In this document: one piece after another, positions 22,407-35,171 of the stretch
Position numbering within the stretch: the stretch's first letter is position 1
Layout of the letters: each line of letters starts with the position of its first letter
The notes under the pieces: model-generated
What the model saw: the letters and a program-made list of their open reading frames with translations, nothing else
Told to the model about the DNA's origin: nothing
Database searches by the model: none
Program-made: the position numbers and the translations under genes
NCBI GenBank assembly: GCA_950097015.1
Contig: CATNEN010000001.1
Coordinates: 3,348,001-3,412,000 of the forward strand
DNA length: 64,000 nt
Direction: 5' to 3'
From: Macrostomum hystrix
Taxonomy: Eukaryota; Animalia; Platyhelminthes

Positions 22407-23681
22407 TCAAGGCCTGTCGCACAGCACCAGCGGTTTCTGATCTTCAGCCTTCACTCGAATGCGCAAATCAACCGAATGGTCGCTTTGGTCAGGCTTGACT
22501 CCGTGCACAGCTGTCTCGTGTCTGATGAGACTGCAGGCCTTGGCAAAGCGCTTCTTGCACAGCTGGCAATGAAACGCCTTGTTTTTAGTTAATTTCTGCT
22601 TCTGCAACAGCTCGGCGTGCACAGAAGCAACTTGATTGGTCAGCTCAGCAGATTCAGCTGATTTCTGCTTCCGCAACAGCTCGGCGTGCACAGAAGCAAC
22701 TTGATTGGTCAGCTTGGCAAAGCCAATGGATTTCTGCTTCTGTAATAGAGTGACGTGCACAGAAGCAACGTGATTGGTCAGCTTGGCAAAGGCAATGGAT
22801 TTCTGCTTCTGTAATAGAGTGGCGTGCACGGAAGCAACGTGATTGGTCAGCTTGGCAAAGCCAATGGATTTCTGCTTCTGTAATAAAGTGGCGTGCACGG
22901 AAGCAACGTGATTGGTCAGCTTGGCAAAGCCAATGGATTTATGCTTCCGTAATAGAGTGGCGTGCACGGAAGCAACGTGATTGGTCAGCTTGGCAAAGCC
23001 AATGGATTTATGCTTCCGTAATAGAGTGGCGTGCACGGAAGCAACGTGATTGGTCAGCTTGGCAAAGCCAATGGATTTCTGCTTCTGTAATAGAGTGGCG
23101 TGCACGGAAGCAACGTGATTGGTCAGCTCGGAAGAGTCAGCGAATTTCCGCAGGCAAATCGAGCATTGGAAAGGCGTCACACCTGAAGTCTTCTGCCACT
23201 TTCTCTTCTTCTTATTTCTGGCCTTCTTATTTTTTGTCTCCGTCTTGCAGTGTTGGCAGTAGGGCACGCAAGTTCTTGAAGCCGGTGTCCCAGCAATGCC
23301 AGAATCGTCAGTGATGAAGCTGCTATTGCTGAATTGAATGTGCCTTGGAGTCAGTTGCACAGCTGACTCATTGCGAATCATGAAACCGCAAATCACAGTC
23401 TGCTGATCTTTGAACAAACCGACTGGCCTGGCAGAGTATTGAGCCATAGACTGATGCTGAAACTGGACAATGGCTTTGCCAGCCTCCGAGACAATGTCTG
23501 CAGCCTGGTGTGAAGCTGCGCTGTCTCGACTGTGCAACTCCACGTGCTGATCGTACTGCATCAGGTGCGAGCTCAGGAAGTACTTTGGACACATCGGACA
23601 CTTGATTGATAGCTCATCGTCCATAATTGGCTGATTCGAAGCAGTTGCTGAAATGCAGGAAGTCCACAACAATGAACTCAT
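22407..23681 (-). CDS. Zinc-finger protein: N-terminal CPMC..H..H finger, two C2H2 fingers flanking a 23-aa tandem repeat
   Basis: CPMCPKYF...HVELH; FQCSICLRKF...LTNHVASVH; FHCQLCKKRF...LIRHETAVH; basic NLS-like stretch KKARNKKKRK; single open frame. Start codon uncertain. Confidence 0.75.
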   Translation of the reverse strand: MSSLLWTSCISATASNQPIMDDELSIKCPMCPKYFLSSHLMQYDQHVELHSRDSAASHQAADIVSEAGKAIVQFQHQSMAQYSARPVGLFKDQQTVICGFMIRNESAVQLTPRHIQFSNSSFITDDSGIAGTPASRTCVPYCQHCKTETKNKKARNKKKRKWQKTSGVTPFQCSICLRKFADSSELTNHVASVHATLLQKQKSIGFAKLTNHVASVHATLLRKHKSIGFAKLTNHVASVHATLLRKHKSIGFAKLTNHVASVHATLLQKQKSIGFAKLTNHVASVHATLLQKQKSIAFAKLTNHVASVHVTLLQKQKSIGFAKLTNQVASVHAELLRKQKSAESAELTNQVASVHAELLQKQKLTKNKAFHCQLCKKRFAKACSLIRHETAVHGVKPDQSDHSVDLRIRVKAEDQKPLVLCDRP

Positions 23682-24364
23682 AATTTACCAAATCAGCCTT
23701 CAAATCTCTATTGGCTGTGGCGACTCAGTGCTTGCATTTTCCATAGAAACCAATTCAATGGCCGAATCCCCAGCCAATCAAGTTTTGAAGGCTGATTCTG
23801 CTAGGGTTAGATTCGGTTTCCAGAAATGATTAAACACAAACAGCTGTCAAATGTTTGAATTAGTATCAATGGTATTGTGTCAACTGACTCTACTGCACGA
23901 ACCAATGACAATTCAGCATTTTGTATCGATAGAGGAACAGAGCAGAGACTGTTAACTCATGAACTCGACTTGTAAAATAAGAAACTAAAAGCTGTACAAT
24001 GACTGCAAATGGCTCACAATTGCATATAACAAATGGGCAACATAAGCGAACCAAAAAGCCTATCTGCACTTCACTGATAATAATTATAGCACGGAATTGC
24101 AGAGTGAACAAACAGATCAGACACAAGCATACATAATCGACTAGCGATAGATTTGATTAATAAGATGAGATAGAACTAGCACAAACTATCGAAATATTAC
24201 ACGGTGTTAACAGGAATGAAATTTACTGATAAATGAATGTTTTATCCTGATCTCGGAATGGGAGACTGAAAAGGGATCTCAGATTGTTTGGGAGATGCGT
24301 TAGGGACATCTGATTGGTTGGGAGAGCCAATGGAGATTTCTGATTGGTTGATAATCCCGAAAGG

Positions 24365-25176
24365 GATCAGTGATTGGGAGAACCGATGGGGATCAGTAAT
24401 TGGGAGAACCGATGTGAATCAGTGATTGGGAGAACCGATGGGGATCAGTGATTGGGAGAACCGATGGGGACCAGTGATTGGGAGAACCGATGGGGATCAG
24501 TGATTGGGAGAACCGATGAAGATCAGTGATTGGGAGAACCGATGAAGATCAGTGATTGGGAGAACCGATGTGAATCAGTGATTGGGAGAACCGATGTGAA
24601 TCAGTGATTGGGAGAACCGATGGGTATCAGTGATTGGGAGAACCGATGAGGATCAGTGATTAGGAAAACCGATGTGAATCATTGATTGGGACAACCGATG
24701 TGAATCAGTGATTGGGAGAACCGATGTGAATCAGTGATTGGGAGAACCGATGGGGATCAGTGATTGGGAGAACCGATGAGGATCAGTGATTAGGAAAACC
24801 GATGAAGATCAGTGATTGGGAGAACCGATGAGGATCAGTGATTGGGAGAACCGATGTGAATCAGTGATTGGGAGAACCGATGTGAATCAGTGATTGGGAG
24901 AACCGATGTGAATCAGTGATTGGGAGAACCGATGTGAATCAGTGATTGGGAGAACCGATGTGAATCAGTGATTGGGAGAACCGATGTGAATCAGTGATTG
25001 GGAGAACCGATGGGGATCAGTGATTGGGAGAACCAATGTGAATCAGTGATTGGGAGAACCGATGTGAATCAGTGATTGGGAGAACCGATGTGAATCAGTG
25101 ATTGGGAGAACCGATGGGGATCAGTGATTGGGAGAACCGATGAGGATCAGTGATCCCCAGTGATTGGGAGAACCGA
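24365..25176. repeat. 26-bp minisatellite (gtgattgggagaaccgatgtgaatca)
   Basis: Direct inspection. Confidence 0.92.
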
Positions 25177-25319
25177 TCTCCTCACATTTGACACTTTATA
25201 GTACTCTAGTTCACTTGGGTCTTCCGTACAAATCCTTAAACAATTGAACTCTTAAACGGATATTTTGAGCTAGCATGCCATGCAAGTAGAAAAAATGCTT
25301 ATTTGAAGCACTAATATAC

Positions 25320-27008
25320 ATTCCACTGTTAGATCTACCCATTCCACTGTTAGATCTACCCATTCCACTGTCAGATCTACACATTCCACTGTCAGATCTA
25401 CCCGTTCCGCTGCTAGATCTACCCATTCCGCTGTTAGATCTACCCATTCCGCTGTTAGATCTACCCATTCCGCTGTTAGATCTACACATTCCACTGTTAG
25501 ATCTACCCATTCCACTGTTAGATCTACCCATTTCACTGTTAGATCTACCCATTCCGCTGTTAGATCTACCCATTCCGCTGTTAGATCTACCCATTCCACT
25601 GTTAGATCTACCCATTCCACTGTTAGATCTACCCATTCCACTGTTAGATCTACCCATTCCACTGTTAGATCTACCCATTCCACTGTTAGATCTACCCATT
25701 CCACTGTCAGATCTACACATTCCACTGTCAGATCTACCCGTTCCGCTGCTAGATCTACCCATTCCGCTGTTAGATCTACCCATTCCGCTGTTAGATCTAC
25801 CCATTCCGCTGTTAGATCTACACATTCCACTGTTAGATCTACCCATTCCACTGTTAGATCTACCCATTTCACTGTTAGATCTACCCATTCCGCTGTTAGA
25901 TCTACCCATTCCGCTGTTAGATCTACCCATTCCACTGTTAGATCTACCCATTCCACTGTTAGATCTACCCATTCCACTGTTAGATCTACCCATTCCACTG
26001 TTAGATCTACCCATTCCACTGTTAGATCTACCCATTCCACTGTCAGATCTACACATTCCACTGTCAGATCTACCCGTTCCGCTGCTAGATCTACCCATTC
26101 CGCTGTTAGATCTACCCATTCCGCTGTTAGATCTACCCATTCCGCTGTTAGATCTACCCATTCCGCTGTTAGATCTACACATTCCACTGTTAGATCTACC
26201 CATTCCACTGTTAGATCTACCCATTCCACTGTTAGATCTACCCATTCTACTGTCAGATCTACCCATTCCACTGTCAGATCTACACATTCCACTGTTAGAT
26301 CTACCCATTCCACAGTTAGATCTACTCATTCCACTGTTAGATCTACACAATCCACTGTTAGATCTACTCATTCCACTGTTAGATCTACCCATTCCACTGT
26401 TAGATCTACACATTCCACTTTTAGATCTACTCATTCCACTGTTAGATCTACCCATTCCACTGTTAGATCTACACATTCCATTGTTAGATCTACTCATTCC
26501 ACTGTTAGATCTACTCATTCCACTGTTAGATCTACTCATTTCATTGTTAGATCTACACATTCCACTGTTTGATCTACCCATTCCACTGTTAAACCTACAC
26601 ATTCCACTGTTAGATCTACCCATTCCAATGTTAGATCTACACATTCCACTGTCAGATCTACTCATTTCACTGTTAGATCTACCCATTCCAATGTTAGATC
26701 TACACATTCCACTGTTAGATCTACCCATTCTACTGTCAGATCTACCCATTCCACTGTCAGATCTACCCAGTCCACTGTCAGATCTGTCAGATCTGTCAGA
26801 TCTACCCATTCCACTGTCAGATCTACACATTCCACTGTTAGATCTACCCATTCCACTGTCATATCTACTTATTCCACTGTCAGATCTACCCATTCCACTG
26901 TCAGATCTACCCATTCCACTGTCAGATCTACCCATTCCACTGTCAGATCTACCCATTCCACTGTCAGATCTACCCATTCCACAGTTAGATCTACCCATTC
27001 CACTGTTA
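25320..27008. repeat. 21-bp satellite (gttagatctacccattccact), same family as 10564-14070
   Basis: Direct inspection. Confidence 0.95.
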
Positions 27009-27789
27009 CACATTTCATATTTGGCGTGTCAGGTCTGAAAGGCTTCTCGCCAGTGAGCTATTGAGCCAGTGAGCTATTGAGCCAGTGAGCTATCGAACAG
27101 TTTCAATGCTGGTAGGTTACAGAATGCGGCAGCTGGCCTGCAAAGTCCTACTCAAAAGCTGGCGAGGCCTTTCAGACTGCCAAACATTGGGGAAGTTGCC
27201 AATCGCTCCTCTATAGCCCATTGTGCTATTGTGCATTGTGCTACAGACCAGGAAATAAATTTTCCCATTTTGGTCTGCTGTGGGGAGCCAACCTGAGTGC
27301 GGGCTGACAGCAACACCAGCAACCCCACTCCACGCGGTTTCTAATCCGCAAAGGAAGCCAGGAACGGAACTTCAATGCAGGGAGTGTGCGAGTTGACGAA
27401 ACAGCTGGCTTCTTCAAGCAGAGAGTGCCAAAGCTAAGAAAAGCTGATCGTCAGGTCGTAAGAGCTCAGCTCCCCGATCCGAAACTTGTGCAGGCCTTCC
27501 TAGCCGCCCTTTTACCCCACTCTCCTGTCTAGTATCAGACTGGCTGCTTCAGCATAATCTGCCAGAAATTCATTCGACCGTCAGCAGCCAAGTAAAAGAC
27601 ATCGGCGAACCGACTGTGAGCTCTGCCGCAACCCGTGAGCAGCTGGTGAGTCAGTCTGCACTGATTGAGTAAATATTTAACTGCAGCAGTATGTGCATGC
27701 TCATGCAGTGCTCAAGACATATACATACTATATAGACCATTCTAAACAGCCTCATCTGAATCTGCCAGACTCAAGCCGCACAAATCTAG

Positions 27790-28620
27790 TCCCTCCGAGT
27801 ATCTCACCCTTCATCTATCCGCCCTCCTACAACTTCCGCCCCTCCGAGTATCTCACCCTTCATCTATTCACCCTCCTACAACTTCCGCCCCTCCGAGTAT
27901 CTCACCCTTCATCTATCCACCCTCCTACAACTTCCGCCCCTCCGAGTATCTCACCCTTCATCTATCCACCCTCCCACAACTTCCGCCCCTCCGAGTATCT
28001 CACAATTCATCTATCCACCCTCCCACAACTTCCGCCCCTCCGAGTATCTCACCCTTCATCTATCCACCCTCCTACAACTTCCGTCCCTCCGAGTATCTCA
28101 CCCTTCATCTATCCACCCTCCTACAACTTCCGCCCCTCCGAGTATCTCACCCTTCATCTATCCACCCTCCTACAACTTCCGCCCCTCCGAGTATCTCACC
28201 CTTCATCTATCCACCCTCCTACAACTTCCGTCCCTTCGAGTATCTCACCCTTCATCTATCCACCCCTCCAACTATCCACCCCTCCAACTATCCGCCCCTC
28301 CAACAATCCGCCCTCCAGCTATCCACCCCTCCAACTATCCGCCCCTCCAACAATCCGCCCCTCCAACTATCTGCCCTCCAGCTATCCACCCCTCCAACTA
28401 TCCGCCCCTCCAACTATCCACCCCTCCAACTATCCGCCCCTCCAACAATCCGCCCCTCCAACTATCCGCCCTCCAGCTATCCACTCCTCCAACTATCCGC
28501 ACCTCCAACTATTTGCCCCTCCAACAATCCGCCCTCCAACAATCCGCCCCTCCAACAATCCGCCCCTCCAACTATCCGCCCCTCCGACTATCCGCCCCTC
28601 TAACTTTTTGCCCCTCTAAC
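27790..28620. repeat. 49-bp repeat grading into the 16-bp C-rich minisatellite
   Basis: 49-bp periodicity over 27790-28260, then ccaactatccgcccct units. Confidence 0.88.
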
Positions 28621-28794
28621 ATATTTGAAAAGGTGGGTGGTTAGAAAATGGTTAGTTTGAGGGGTAGTTCAGTAGTCTTCAGTCCGGAATCAATCTGACA
28701 CTTCGCAGTAAACTTAGCTAAAGGATTTACTTTTTATTAAAACTTTGCAATTCACAAATAGTCTTTCTTATCTCGCTAATTTCAGAATTAAAAA

Positions 28795-31700
28795 ATGGAC
28801 TCGCAGACCGAAGAGTGGCTGGAAAAGTTGCGGACAATCGATGACCAAACAGAAAGAGATCAGTTCTGCAGAGAGGCTGCGGAATCTGCTGCAAGATCGG
28901 GTCAGTGGGAAATTGTGAAGCTTTATGTGGCGAAAGTCGCTGACCAGAAAGTGAGAGATCAGTGCTGCAGCATGGCTGCGAAATCTGCTGCAAGATTCGG
29001 TCAGTGGGATATGGTGAAGTTTTTTGTGCCGAAAGTCGCTGACCAAAATTTGAAACTGAATGTTCGTCGTGACTGCACAGTCGCGGCCTGCTCTTGTCAC
29101 CGTGAAGATGTCGTTGACTTCCTCGATCTTCAGCCCGAGTGGCTCTTCCAATTCAGTCAAGTGCTCAGCTTCACCGCCTCGATGGCCATTGAGGGCAGGA
29201 ACTCGATTCTCACCCAGACTCTGTCTCGAATGCAGCCAGCCCAGATCACGCAGTTGCTCTGTGCTTCAATCTCCCATGGCCATGTCGCACTGGCTCTCAC
29301 CCTCATGAATAAGAAGCGACCCGGCAGAGAATACGTCGATCAGCCAGACGACAGCTCAGGAGCCACTGCTCTCATGCTGGCAGCTGATGAAGGTCATCAC
29401 GAGCTCATTGAGAGGCTGGTGGATCTCGGTGCGTCAGTGCGAGCTGAAGACAGTCAGGGTCGGACAGCTCTGTCGCGAGCTTGTGAAGCGGGTCACGTGC
29501 GAGCAGCCAAGACTCTGATGGATAGAGGAGCGGATGTGAGTCATCGAGACGGCCGGGGTCAGACTTGTGCGCAGCTGGCGGAGCAGCGCGGACATCAGCA
29601 GGTGCTGCGACTGTTGGGGATCCCGCGATCAAGGTGAGGCAGTCATGCTGTGTTAATTTCCTTCAGTATGCAATCTTCAGGAACTGATCCTGCGTGTTAG
29701 TTTGCTTCTACTTGAATTTTCAGATCAAAACTGAGCTGCAAACTGGCTTTGACCGCAGCATTGCCTGAACTGACTCATTGGACAAAATTTTCTTATCCTC
29801 GCATTTGCATCCAGTTTCTGCTATTTCCCTCCCCCTCCCTACTTTGTCCCAAGGACTACAAATGCAAGGGCCAAGGATGTAACTCTCGATGCATAGAATG
29901 TTTTAACTGCATGATGTGGAGTGTACTACGGGAATCGAGTGGGAATGTGAGCCAGCAGAATTTTTCAAATTTTAGGCACTTAATAATCGCGACCCACCTA
30001 GCAGCTGGCCGCAAACAAGATCATTAATCTTAGGGCCTGGTTTGGGGCGGCGGTGAATTAAGTAGCCGTCGAATCCCCTCTCCCTGGATCTGTTTAGCCC
30101 TTTGTAGGAATGACTGATCGCGGGCCATAACTTTATTGTATGAGTAGTTTAGGTCATAATTCCCCTCCAAACCGCGATCAGATATTGGGAATCACTCGGG
30201 CATTATGAGTGATCATTAATTCTTCATGCCCCCACTTCTTTACAGTATTCGAGCCCAGCTCGACTTTATGACCTCCTCTCTTAGATACATGTAAATGTCA
30301 CTGTAGGCAGGTCGGCGCCTGCGCTTCTCATTGTCCTGGCGGAGAAACAATTATTGGCCGACTGCCGGCGGCTGCTCGTAAAGGAGCATCTGTCGTTTCT
30401 CGCCGCCGGTTCATTGGGTAATCGGGGTGGCCATCGCCGCTTCGATTCCTCGATGACAGGCTGGCGCGAATGTGGGTTATTTTGTTGAATGTCGAGGTTG
30501 GCGTGCTGCAGGACTATTTAAGAAAGCGCGCTGCGCTACTCCCCCGAGGACCCCCCTTCCAACGGACCTTCGGACCCGTACCTTCTGGCGGACCCTCTCC
30601 GGACCTCCGCCCAGAGACTTAACCCTCTCCGGACCCCCGGACCTTTTTCCCCACTTAGGGCTTAGACCCTAGAGCTTTAAGCTCATCTAGTGCTCACAGG
30701 CTCATTGCCTGCCTATAAGCTCCGAGTAGTACAAGCCACCTCTTTAGGTGACTTGACTTGACTTACTTGACTTAGCGGCAGGGAGCCTCCATGACGGACG
30801 CAGCGAGGAGGCGGCAGATGCCGCCCATATCGCTAACCCCTGGCAGCCAGACAGCCTCCAGCGAGGCGATGCCGCTCAGGGTGGTCCGTCGGTCGATTCC
30901 GCCGCGCGATCTTCCTCGCCATAGGCTGGGAAGAAATCAGCTCGGCCGGTATCCCGGAGGAAGTGGGCGAGCTGTGGGATGTTCTCGGGCGAGCAGGCTT
31001 CGGCGAGAGTCGGTGCCGGCCCGAGATGTTTTAGCCTGGCCCGGGTGAAGGCCGGGCAGTGGCAGATGAAATGCTCTGCATTTTCGCGTCCGGAGCAGCA
31101 GAAGGGACACGTTTCCTCAGGCACGTGGCCTTGAAGGTAGCGGTGTCTGGTGAAGCAGCCATGTCCCGAAAGAGCCATAGTGACTGCTCTTAGGTCTCTG
31201 CGGTTAAGCCTGAGTAAGGCCTTACGCAGGTTACTAGAGGGGGTTGGCACCGCAGCCCTGGACTGGCGACAGTTCACGGTGCTGGACCACCTCCTCCGGT
31301 GCTGGGTCTCCTCTTTAGGTGAGCTCTCGAATTGAGCCACTGAGCTCCACTGGTGTGTTGGCCCCTGCCAGCTCACAATTAGTTTTCCCCTCCTCCTTCC
31401 TCGCTAATCTTGCCCCGTCACTCCCACGAGAACTACAGGCCTGCGGCACGCGATCGGCTCTCGGATAAGTAACCCGCGTAGCGGCTTTAATTGTTATTCC
31501 TAAGGGACTTTTACTTCTAGCTAGGCGGCATAATAGTGGGAAAGGGCATCGGGATTTTTAGCCTAATAAACTAATCGCCGTTAGCCAAATACTTTACATT
31601 AGGCCAATTTTAATTACAATTTAAATCCTTTCACCTTCTGTTCGCCTCCATGTTTAATTTCACTACTAGACAGCCCTCAGCTATGAGTGGCTAATCTTCT

Positions 31701-34700
31701 AGGGGGTGGGCTCTGGTGATGCCGAGCTGAAGGCTGCGGCAGGAGGACAACTGTAAGCGCGCACAAAAGTAATAAGGAGCTAGAGATTTGCAAGCAGATG
31801 CGGAGGTAGTATGTGCATTTCTTCCCAGGGGGTTGGGGGAATCCTTGGCCGGCTTTCCTTCTCCCTCTTGGGCGGGCTCCCTTTCGCAACTGCGGCCACG
31901 GGAGCGAGAGTGATGACTTAATAATCTTTCGCTTGCATAATCACTCAGCCAGTGTTCTGCTTAATCTCTCCAGCCTCTGATTTCCTCAACTCACACAGAT
32001 TCGGATTTGTTAGTTACTTAATGTGTAGGCTGCAGTCTAATGTATAGAATGTGTCTGATGTCTTATGAGTAGGATTCTGGCTATGGATTCTCATTCAAGT
32101 TCTTAGTACCACCTTTCTAGACCCCTGTAGCCCGAATTCAGGAATCCCCTTTTGAGGCGTGTCTCGATCCATTCTGGGGCTCTCACCCCAGTCTAAAACG
32201 GAAGTTGCAGAATGCCCTATTTTTTCGGCTTGTCTAGATCTGCGTGATAAACTAGGAGCTGTGTACTCCGGGGACCCAAGTTCCCAAATGCCTGCGGTGG
32301 CAACGTAGGCGCATTGGGTGGTGGCGCTACCCTAGATCATTTTCCGCTTTGCCGATAGCCGTTCCGCAGTTCTGTGACAAGAGCCTAGGCCGTTTCGACC
32401 ACCGCTACCAAGGTTAGGAGTCAGTTGCGCACGTACTACTGACGACAGTAGGCTGTCTAGCCCTGTCCTGTCCGATTCCGGATAGTCCGACGCCTCTCTT
32501 TTTAGACTTTTAGCCGGTTTCGAGCATTGCTTGGGGTAACGGCAGTCATGCCTGTGGCCTATGGGACGAGTGGGACTGGCCAGCATGAGGCCGATAGGAC
32601 CACTCCCTGCATCTACTGAACCTCCTCATCTCTCCCTTCATCTCCTCTCTCTCTCCGCGACATCTCGCGAGTAGCTAGGTGGATATTTAATTGACTATGT
32701 CGCCCGCCTCTAGCAATCATCTCTCATGAGGGCAGGTCAGCGGTTGCAAAACACCCAAACCATGTCAGGATGATCTTCTCCATGACTAACCATTTCATGC
32801 AAATCGGATCTACTTCCTCCTGATCTTTTCAGCGAACCGAATGCCAAGGAGGCAGCCGGACTCTGCACCGACTCAAGTCTCACTGGGTGAGTTGCAGATT
32901 CTGCTGATCAGCTTGAGATGCCAGTCTGTGCAGGTGTACAATCCATCAGCTGACTGAGTTCCCCATCATTCCAGGCTCAGAGACGACTCACAGCGGGACA
33001 GGCAGCTCAGCGAGGAACTGCACCGACTGCTCAGCGAGGCTGGATTCACTGAGGAGAGAGCAAAGTGTCAGCAGGAAATGGCTGACTGGCTGCAAAAAGT
33101 CGCTCAAGCCCTCACTGTGATGCAGATGCAGATGCTGATGTCAGGCAGCTACGCATATGGCTTTGACAAAAATCTGGTGAAAGTGAACGGCAGGACAGGG
33201 CAGGACTCGCAGATGCAGATGACAGGCAGCTACGCAGAAGGCTGGGCCAACAGTCTAGTGCAAGTGAACGGCAGGACAGCGGCTGACTCAGACATTGACT
33301 GGACTGTGCTGGTTCAAGGTCAGCTGCTGCATCTGGACGGCAGCTGCGATGAAACGAATAATAAAGGCTGCGAAGGTGCCACGAAGCAGCGGGTCACGGA
33401 GGGTCACGCGCAGGTGGCAGTGGGGTCAGGTGAGTGACATCTGCCATGACATGTGCTTCACGGGTTTAGAGGTTTACGAGTAGTTTGGTGTCAATCCAGG
33501 AAAGTTTTATGGTTAAAAATAGAGTCCCGAACTTGACGTTTGTCACAAAAATGCTGGGTTTCACCACCCACTGCAGGCAGCCAACCTGCCGGCTCAGCCA
33601 AGGCATGCGGTGTGCGGCCTGCTCAGGACACGTGCCATGCGATCGAGTGCTGCAGCTCATTCTGTGAGGACAGAGTTACGAAGATAAACACTTCTACCGG
33701 CAATGTTCACCTCGTGAGGGCAACCAGACCGAATGAGACCAATGAGCTCAGAGTGAGCTTCAGCTTCCAAGAGAAAGAGGCCATGAGAAATCTGAGCACA
33801 GTCCAGGGACAGCTGTTCTCAATCATCAAGTTCATCTTCAAGAGACATTTGCCACTCACTCTGGACACACCTGGACTCAAGACCTACCATGCAAAGACTC
33901 TGCTCTTCTTCATGCTGGAGAAGCATGGCACAGACCCAAATGCTGAAGCTTGGCAGCCTCAGAATCTGATCTCACTGCTGAAGAAGTCTCTCGACATGAT
34001 GCTGAGCTTCATCGACTCAAGCAGCTCACCCGATGAGTGCATGCCGCACTTCTTCATGTCCGACGCTCCGCTCTACTTCAAGAACGCTGGAATCGGCGGC
34101 GACTTCGACAACACGAAGGTGAGGGTTCAAGACCGACTGAGAGAGCTGAGAAGCGACATCGGCGGAGTGGTTGAGCAGATGAGCAGTTTCGTGAGACCTT
34201 TACAGTCAGAGAATTTCGACTTTCACCCGTTCACTCTGCTGCCACTGACAACGCCTGCTTTCACGAAAATAAGGAAAGGATCTAATCATCGTAAACCAGT
34301 TGGTTGTGTGAATGTTGATTTATCTACATTCTTATACAGTGACGTGTACAGTGTGGTGCACCATTGTTTTCTTGAGCTGCAGTCAGAGTCTGCAGACAGA
34401 GACACCCAGATGGGGCAGCTCAGTTTCCTGGATGAGAAGCCGTGGTGCAAGTGCGCCGACCTGTGCATGACCGCCATGGCGCATTTAAGATTCGGGGATA
34501 CCAAGGAGGCTGAGAGACTCGCGATGGAGCTCCAGAGTCACAGAGTTCAGAGTGGAATAAGGCCTGGTGATATCGGATACAATCTGCCATCAGACTTGGA
34601 CTGGGCGTGGAGGTTCTGCCTCCCCGCAGACACTCCGCCTCGATTCCCATTCCTTCCCGAGTTCACGCAGACTCTGCTCACAGCCAGACTGTCGCAGCCT

Positions 34701-35171
34701 CGCTCTGCGCACCTGTACGTGAACTTCCGCTGCCTGAGCTGGAGTCTCCAAGCTGAGCTGCTCCGCAATCGCACAGCAATCGACTTCGATGCGTGGCTCT
34801 CAGAGCTGCAAGAAGGCCCGGACTTGGAGGAGCTGCTCACTCTGGCTCACTACAGCGACCAAGTTGAGCACGTGGAGTTCAGCCTGAGACAGATGGAGAC
34901 CGTCAGGGACGAGAGACGCGTCGCCATGGAGACGCAGGATGAGGAGAAGATCCGCTGGGTCAGGGAGAAGCTGCGGCGAATTTCCACTCGCAGCGGCAGC
35001 CACTCGAGTTTGGAGGATGAGGAGCGGAGGCTGTGGGTGAGAGCGCGGCTGCAGCTGGTCAATGCTGAGCCCGGTCGGCTGGTTGCCATGGAAACGGTGG
35101 CGCAGCAGAGACGGCTGGATCCACGCGAAGCTGCAGCGGTTCGCGAAGTCTCTGCCGAAGTCACTGAATGA
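28795..35171 (+). CDS. Ankyrin-repeat cGLR copy 3 (~980 aa); exons 28795-29633, 32833-32886, 32975-33429, 33577-35171
   Basis: Exon phases join in frame (2943 nt). Two variable repeats plus canonical ANK repeats; GS...DSDID...QDTCHAI and Mab-21 motifs are intact. Confidence 0.85.
29915..32800 (-). mobile_element. LTR-retrotransposon 3' remnant in intron 1 of cGLR copy 3 (putative 3' LTR 31377-29915, PPT 31383-31402)
   Basis: Absent from the paralogous introns. TGTG...CACA termini, an adjacent minus-strand purine tract gaggaaggaggagggg, and minus-strand AATAAA at ~30132. Confidence 0.55.
30752..31309 (-). mobile_element. 5'-truncated non-LTR retrotransposon with 13-bp TSD
   Basis: C-terminal CCHC (CPFC...[10 protein letters not shown]) after SGHGCF; (aagtc)n-like 3' tail; TSD cctctttaggtga at 30739-30751 and 31310-31322. 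Confidence 0.85.

Noticed and set aside
25211-27038. Long ORFs (MGRSNSG, EWVDLTV, LLDLPIP repeats)
   Set aside because: Stop-free frames of a 21-bp satellite with no coding signals.
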